DNA of 58,331 nucleotides, the filler included, from Sluysia triapertura (lineage: Eukaryota), in the NCBI GenBank assembly GCA_046118255.1. It is 4 parts of 4 records of this genome, joined end to end, with 100 filler letters (N's around TTAATTAATTAA, not from the genome) between each part and the next. Parts side by side here need not be neighbours in the genome. Positions count along the whole stretch, not along the records: positions 41,427 to 58,331 come from JBJNIA010196486.1; 3 more parts are not named here. One strand, 5' to 3'. Shown piece after piece: positions 51,928 through 58,331 of the stretch (positions within the stretch are counted from its first letter, which is position 1; every line of letters starts with the position of its first letter). Under the pieces are notes generated by a model. The model ran no database searches. It saw only the letters and a list, made by a program, of their open reading frames with translations, and was not told the DNA's origin. The position numbers and the translations under genes are program-made.

Positions 51928-52514
51928 TTAAAGCTATAATACACATCAATTGAATAACATTGTTTTTGAAACTGTTTGGATGATTGTTCTTTTGAAAGTA
52001 AATACCACCAACAACAGTAGAAATTATACCAAGAATTAGCAAGATACTCAACAATCCTTTCATGGAAATGATTTTTTTAGAAATAAATACCAAAGGAGGT
52101 CGAGAAAATTCCTATTAAGTCAAATCAACAAAAAAAATTATTACTTACATTACAGTTATTTTCAATATCTGATGAATTCTTTAAGCATAGGCTTTTGAAA
52201 AATCGACCACAATTAGTGCTTAAATCACATGAATTAGACAAACTAACTCTATTAACTGAATCAGAATTCCCATTTGCCAAATTTCCACGCCTCTGTCGTT
52301 GCTGGAACCGATTGCGTCGAGTTCCGACTGATGAAATACTAGATCTATTTGGCCAGGATAAACAACGTGGTTGGTATGTCCCATAAAAACAGCCTGATGA
52401 TAAACTGTGCCTGCAGGCTCCACCTAAGTGACCACTTGCAACTCCATAACCATCCAGAGACATTGGACAACCAATATTGCGCATGTGATATCGATATCCA
52501 TTTGCAAAAAGCAT
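51928..52514 (-). CDS. Spliced orphan membrane protein (exon 52514-52149, 37-nt intron, exon 52111-51928; last exon uncertain)
   Basis: ATG at 52514; GTAAGT donors at 52148 and 51927. The in-frame join gives two hydrophobic segments (GLLSILLILGIISTVVGGIYF; NVIQLMCIIAL). GC content is raised locally. Confidence 0.7.
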
Positions 52515-53535
52515 AGGTAATCAGTTTTTGTGCTTGTCTGATTGATTTGATTTCCAAATTAATACTACCTTACAAGCACAATTAAGTGTTGCAATCAATT
52601 AAATAAATAATTTCGAATAACATTATTTTACTAATGTTTTTTCATCATTTTTTAAAACTGAAATTAGTATTTATTTTAAAACTAACTTTTAAAAAATTAC
52701 TGTTATCAAATTTTATTATTGTATTAATTAAACAAACAAATAAATTAAAATTTTCGTTCTCAAATGACATTAGTCAACATGTGTATTATTATATTTTTTA
52801 AAGAATGAATGGCAAATGGATTACGTATCAATATGCATATAATTTAAAATATTCATACATAATTTATGAAGACTTATTCTTCAATCATCATTATTAATAT
52901 GGTCGAGTTTTTATTTGTAATAAACTGTAAAATAGTAAAAACTTTTATTTTAATGATTAAAATTTAATGTATTTTTATTACGCATGTGAAGGCTTCGAAT
53001 TTTAAAAAATTATAACAAAGTCCAGATTACAAGAAATAAAACTTTACATCTTGTTTAAAAATGTAAAATTGCCATATTAATTTATCGAAATTATATAAAT
53101 ATATGAGAAATTTGAAACTGATATCATCACTAAATCATTTTGATTAAATGTTACCAGTATTAAATAGAAAAACTTATGCCATTTATTATATTTATATTTG
53201 TTATATTTATTATGTTTATTTGAATAATTTTTCTTTTTCAAATTTAATATATTTAAATATAAAATACATTCGAACAAATAAAGACAATACTTGAATTGTT
53301 AATGTTTAAAATTATTGATTTAATTTACAGAGCTACTGGTACTATCACTTTCACATAAACTACAAATTTCAAAAATTGCACTAAAGAATTAAATAAAATT
53401 ATTATTTGAATATGCATAAATAATATATCTGAGAACTTTAAATAATTTAATTTTTAGGTATTTTATTTTTTATAATCTATATAATGAATTTTTGCATTTT
53501 TAAAATGATTTTCATTATCTATTAAAGTCTTAGTT

Positions 53536-54710
53536 ATGGCTGAACCTGACACTTACACTCGTCCATCCAAAGGAATATTAAAAATTGGAAAACACCCTCC
53601 TTGTTAGTTTAGATACTTTTAGTCATTTTATTGTTACCTTTCATATTTTTTAGTGTATTATGTTTAGTATATAAATGCCATTTAGATTTTAATTTTTAAA
53701 TATTAAATATAAACTTTTAAACTTTTATTTATGGTATTTAGTAACGCGAAGTGCAAGTTTGCAATCCAAGCGCGCATGCTTTAAAGAAGAATGTGGTAGT
53801 GGTGATGTTGGTGGATTGTCAAAAACTTTTAACTTAGGTTGTAGTCTTGATGTTAGTACTGATTTTGATTTATATTAATATATGAAGCCTTAAAATTTGC
53901 TCAATAAATTAATATGTAATAATTAAAATTGAATTTAAGTTTTATTTAATATTATACACTTTTATATAAAATGCTCGTGTCTCACAAGTCAAGTATTTTT
54001 TAATTTTTAAGCTTTTAAGAAGTTTATTTTTAATTTATTTTTGATTTTGATACAAATACATTGAAATTTTTGTTTCTAAGTACTTTTATTGTAATATTTT
54101 GCAGGCTATGTCTAGAATCATGAGTTAAGTAACACGATTTAAATCTATTAATATAAATATGATAAAGTTACATTGATTTATTATAAAGTTCTGTGCAGAT
54201 TTTGTTTATATTAAAATCGTCTTTTTTAAATATTGAATAAATATATTTTCTTTTGTTTCAGTGCTTTCGTTTAGAAACTGAATTTATTATGTGATATTTA
54301 ATAGTCGTCATCAAGGTTTAGATGCATTTTATATCCTCAATTTAGTAATGAATTGATAATATTTTTCTAAATAATTTAATTTAGATCTCGAAGAGTTATA
54401 ACTTCTATCTTGCAAATATTTTCAGCCAATCCATTAGAAATAATTTCAATATTAAATGAAGGAATAAAATAGCAGTCAAAACTAACCACAATTGTTGCAA
54501 CTTGATAATTTTTAATTTTATAGTAAGAATTTATTAAGTACTGTTTATTGATGCCAAAATTATATTTAATGAATAATAATAATAAACTTACTAAATAAAA
54601 CGAAAATAATAGCTGAAGAAGATGGATTAGCCCTATAGTGCTTAGAACTGATAGTATTTGTTAAGCAGTATGTGCTCTCAGGCCAAAAAGCGTTAAGAGC
54701 TGCAACGTTT
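53536..54710 (+). pseudogene. Multi-exon gene or pseudogene of unknown family with N-terminal KGILK motif
   Basis: MAEPDTYTRPSKGILKIGKHPP followed by a GT donor. An exon at ~53742-53838 joins in frame, but later exons carry in-frame stops. Confidence 0.3.
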
Positions 54711-55936
54711 ATTTTATTTTGGTATATGAAAGTTTTAACGGTATAATCAAAGTATTTTGATGTACCGTTTATAAGTAAAATGCAAACAATTAAATTAGTT
54801 TTAAAAAATTCAAACTTTATTTTATTTTTCTGACATTAAACATGACTAATAACTGTATTTAACTTAATTGTAAATAAAAAACTATGGAAATGATTTTTAA
54901 TTCACTAATATATCGTGTTAACACAACTTTATTATCAAGTTTTCTAGTGTTGATATTTTTCCAGTTCTTTTCTTTTCGCAATACATTGACTGCCAAAGAA
55001 AAAATAAGACCCAGTGTACCGTATATACTAACCCAATAAAATCCATATTTATTTATTAACTTTAATAATTGCATTATATTTGCCTATTATTGTAATAACT
55101 GTAAACTGTTTATCTTTTCGTATTTAAACTCGTAATATTTAGGATTAATAACTCTTATTAACTTTAAAATTACTTGTAACAGAAATTTTATTTTAATTAT
55201 CTTGAAATTACCAAGGCTTACCTTGATTATGTTTATTTTTAAAAAGTCGATCTGAAAATCGGAGTTCTAAAGGTCTTTGATCTAAGAGATATAGTGATAA
55301 TAGAATTTTAAATTTTTTCCACTTAAAGAGAAGTCTAACTGTTAAAAATTTATTACTATCGGAACAAAACTTGTTTATAACAAAACGAAAAATGTAAATA
55401 CAATTGTAAAATAAACTTTATATAAGTTAATTATGGAAACCATACGTTATGCTTACTTTTATCTAATAATATATGAGGATACAACTAATTTTTTTACTTT
55501 AGGATATTATACTAGCAATTACACAGATTTATCTATCAAATTAATCGAATTACTCATTCAATAATTTCATCCAGTTAATCAAATTATTGAACTCAATTAA
55601 CCACATTATCGATCCCAGTAAAATATTATTACGCATTTTATCGTTTATTTGTGGATGCTATTTTCTAACCTGAAATTTATTTAGTTTTTTGATTATCACT
55701 TTGTGTAAGTAATCCAACTCTACTCTATAATAAAATAGACTCTTTGCTATTATTTTTTGCATTTATTTGGCCAAATCCTTCCATGAATAGTTATTCGCAT
55801 TTTATAATATATATTTATAATTTGTTACAATTTCGTATGTGATTTACACACTAACATTAATTCAATTGCTAATTTCGTATCTCCTTAGAACACGCTAGTT
55901 TCGTACCACCTTATATGAATTCGTGTTATGTGGGGA

Positions 55937-56054
55937 CTCCCCATATAACGCGGTACGTAACTATCGCATTAAAAGAATTGTAACTGAATACAAAGAGAAC
56001 ATATACATACAAATATAGTTTAATTGGGGGTCCTATTATAGAGAGATCCATTGT
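55937..56054. mobile_element. Possible degraded Tigger/pogo-like MITE
   Basis: Left TGGGGACTCCCCATATAACG and right revcomp CAATGGATCTCTCTATAATAGG loosely resemble CAGTGGA.YCYC..TATAA TIRs. Confidence 0.3.
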
Positions 56055-56751
56055 GTTTTTAAATTTTAGAGTACACTTTAATAGCTAATCAATTAGGATT
56101 GTTTAAATTGGTGTTTGAAACCAATTATAATTCCACTTAAAATTATATATTGTATTTTAAACCAAATTTAATCAGTGGCATTACATTATGACCAATAATT
56201 TTTGTCTTATATTCTACAGTTAATATCTACTTATAGTTAAATTCTATTATATTTAAAATTTCCTATAGTTAAAATCTAAAATGATTTCAATACATGTATT
56301 TTCATAATAATATGACCAAATTCTTCTGCTACTTAAGTGTAGAAAATTTTGTTTCGCGTTAACTTTTTATTTTGTTTTATTTACTTTTAAAATTATATAC
56401 ATTTGGAAATATTTCTTTATCAGTCTGTGCTTTTAAGTTATTTCTTTGAATCCACTAAGGTTTAAAGTTTATTGTAACTATATTTTAAATTACAAAGGTT
56501 CAGTAATAAAATTATTTGTAACAATTATAATAATAATAATTATTATTATTGTGACTAATTCTGATAATAATAATTATAATATAAATAATTATTTTTTTTA
56601 CTTTATTTAATTTTATTTTTAATAATGATTTCATAATTCATTGAATTAAAGTTTCATGTGCTGTTACTTTTCCGACTTGTCAGAAGCTTTATATGATATT
56701 TTAATTATATTTAATTCAATTATCTTTGTTAAAACACGAAATATTTCAATC

Positions 56752-56765
56752 ATTATTACTATTAC

Positions 56766-56818
<53 letters not shown>
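56752..56818. repeat. (ATT)n microsatellite
   Basis: Directly visible. Confidence 0.95.
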
Positions 56819-56819
<1 letters not shown>

Positions 56820-57959
56820 AAGAACTTTGTTTTATGGTATAATTTATTATTAATTCAAATAAACCAAATGTTTATAATGAACAACCCGACTACTTTATTT
56901 GCACTATTTATTAAGTTGAATAATATTTAAGATCTTAAATATTATGACTATACAAAATCAATTGATATTTTTAATTAGTTTCACATTTGACAAATTAATC
57001 ACACTAAGCATGTGTTCACTCCAGCATCAAGGCGAGGTGAAAGTTGAATTTCTAATGAGATTTTTTATTTGCATACTTGGTTAAGTCAACCATGATACGC
57101 ATTTTTATTAATATTTATTTAATTTTATAATCATCAGTAATGTAAAATTTTATTTTTTATTGAAAATATTAACATTTAATAAATATTTATATTAGTTGTA
57201 ATTACTATTTGTCTCTATATTTTCTATGAGAATTCAAAATTAACAAAAATAGTAAATTATAGAAATTTTAAAAAAATAACTTATTCCCTTTTAAAAAACT
57301 AGTCATTTAATAGTTATTCGTATTAAAAATTTAAAATATAAAAAAACAATTTAAAAATTTTGTCAAAATTAAAGTCAAGTCAAATTTATCTAATAAATCC
57401 ATGTATTTAATTATATAAACAATTGAAATGCTTAATTTTTATGTGCATATTTTTAAACCATAATATTTGTGTATATAAATTTTTGACATTTTTAATTCAA
57501 CATTTATAATTTCGTTTTGAATTTTATCAGTAATTTAGCTTGATAAAATAAAAACAACTCAAGTAAACGAACTTTGGACATTTTATGTATTACGTTTGGG
57601 TAAGTTAATTGAAATTTATCTTGTGGCAATATAATTATAAATTTATGCAATCTGGACTAAAAACTTGTTAAATTCTAGATTTTGGTCAGTTTTGTTCTAT
57701 AGTTAATATTATATAAATGATTTTAATTTGTCAGTTATCATGTTAATATGGCCAATTTCATCTATGTATTAATTATTTTTCTATAATTTTGGCTTAGCTA
57801 TGTTTTTTTAGTTTGAATTAGATTGCGCTTGATAGTATTTGTTTCTTTCTATTTTAATAAAATCAGGGTTTTTTGTTCTTCCGGTGTTACTGCTGATGTT
57901 ACATTCTGTTTTTTCATTCTTGGTATCATAATTTTTCAAGAAGAATTAAAGCTACAAAT

Positions 57960-57992
<33 letters not shown>
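57960..57992. repeat. (CA)n(TA)n compound microsatellite
   Basis: Directly visible. Confidence 0.95.
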
Positions 57993-58257
57993 ACATAATG
58001 ACATTATCTTCATAATACAATAATTTTAAAATATAAACTATTATTTTGATTATTTTAATAACTATAATATTAACACAGGTTTTTTTTATTCAGTTTGTTT
58101 AAATTACCGATTTATCTCAAGAAAATTGATTCGTAATAACACAAACTCCCTCGATTGAATAAATGGTATATTTTTAATATTATTAGATTACACAGTCTCA
58201 GGCATTATTATAAAATCTAATTTAAAGACAGTTAAAAAATTTTTGATTGCATTTTTT

Positions 58258-58331
58258 TGTTGGGGTAAAAGGCCTAAAAAGTGCCAAGTAGTATAATTGA
58301 ATATATTGAAAATGAAAAAGTTAGACGGGGC
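58258..58331 (+). repeat. Second copy of the TGTTGGGG/tRNA-like repeat, cut by the window end
   Basis: TGTTGGGGTAAAAGGCCTAAAAAGTGCCA...GTTAGACGGGGC versus TGTTGGGGTAAAGGTCTAAGTGCCA...GTTAGACGGGC at 40481. Confidence 0.7.

Noticed and set aside
53536-53605. KGILK suggests PP1 inhibitor-2
   Set aside because: Other I-2 motifs (SQKWDE, IDEPxTPY, FExKRKxHY) were not found in the following exons.

Overview
Very AT-rich (roughly 25% GC by eye) eukaryotic, almost certainly metazoan, genomic DNA. It is four contigs joined by 100-bp artificial spacers (N-TTAATTAATTAA-N at 19359, 30341 and 41327), so adjacency across the spacers is unverified. Several predicted introns are only 34-40 nt, suggesting a compact, possibly parasitic invertebrate. 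An orthonectid such as Intoshia is a guess only. Apparently intact genes: hnRNP L (intronless CDS, 4 RRMs), a two-exon FAM184-like coiled-coil gene, a spliced two-TM orphan gene, a 288-aa repeat-containing orphan ORF, and a small spliced gene model behind a strong heat-shock element. The rest is dead or mobile DNA: a decayed Ty3/Gypsy pol followed by a signal-peptide/FN3-like env-position ORF, a second LTR-PBS-gag remnant, a hAT transposase relic, piggyBac-, hAT- and Tc/pogo-type MITEs, and a tRNA-containing dispersed repeat. Host-gene relics include Rab3, GAPDH fused to syntaxin-6, TBP-like, Unkempt-like CCCH and a kinase. Many relics show punctate 10-40 nt deletions. All calls come from manual translation and motif recall; no database searches were run.
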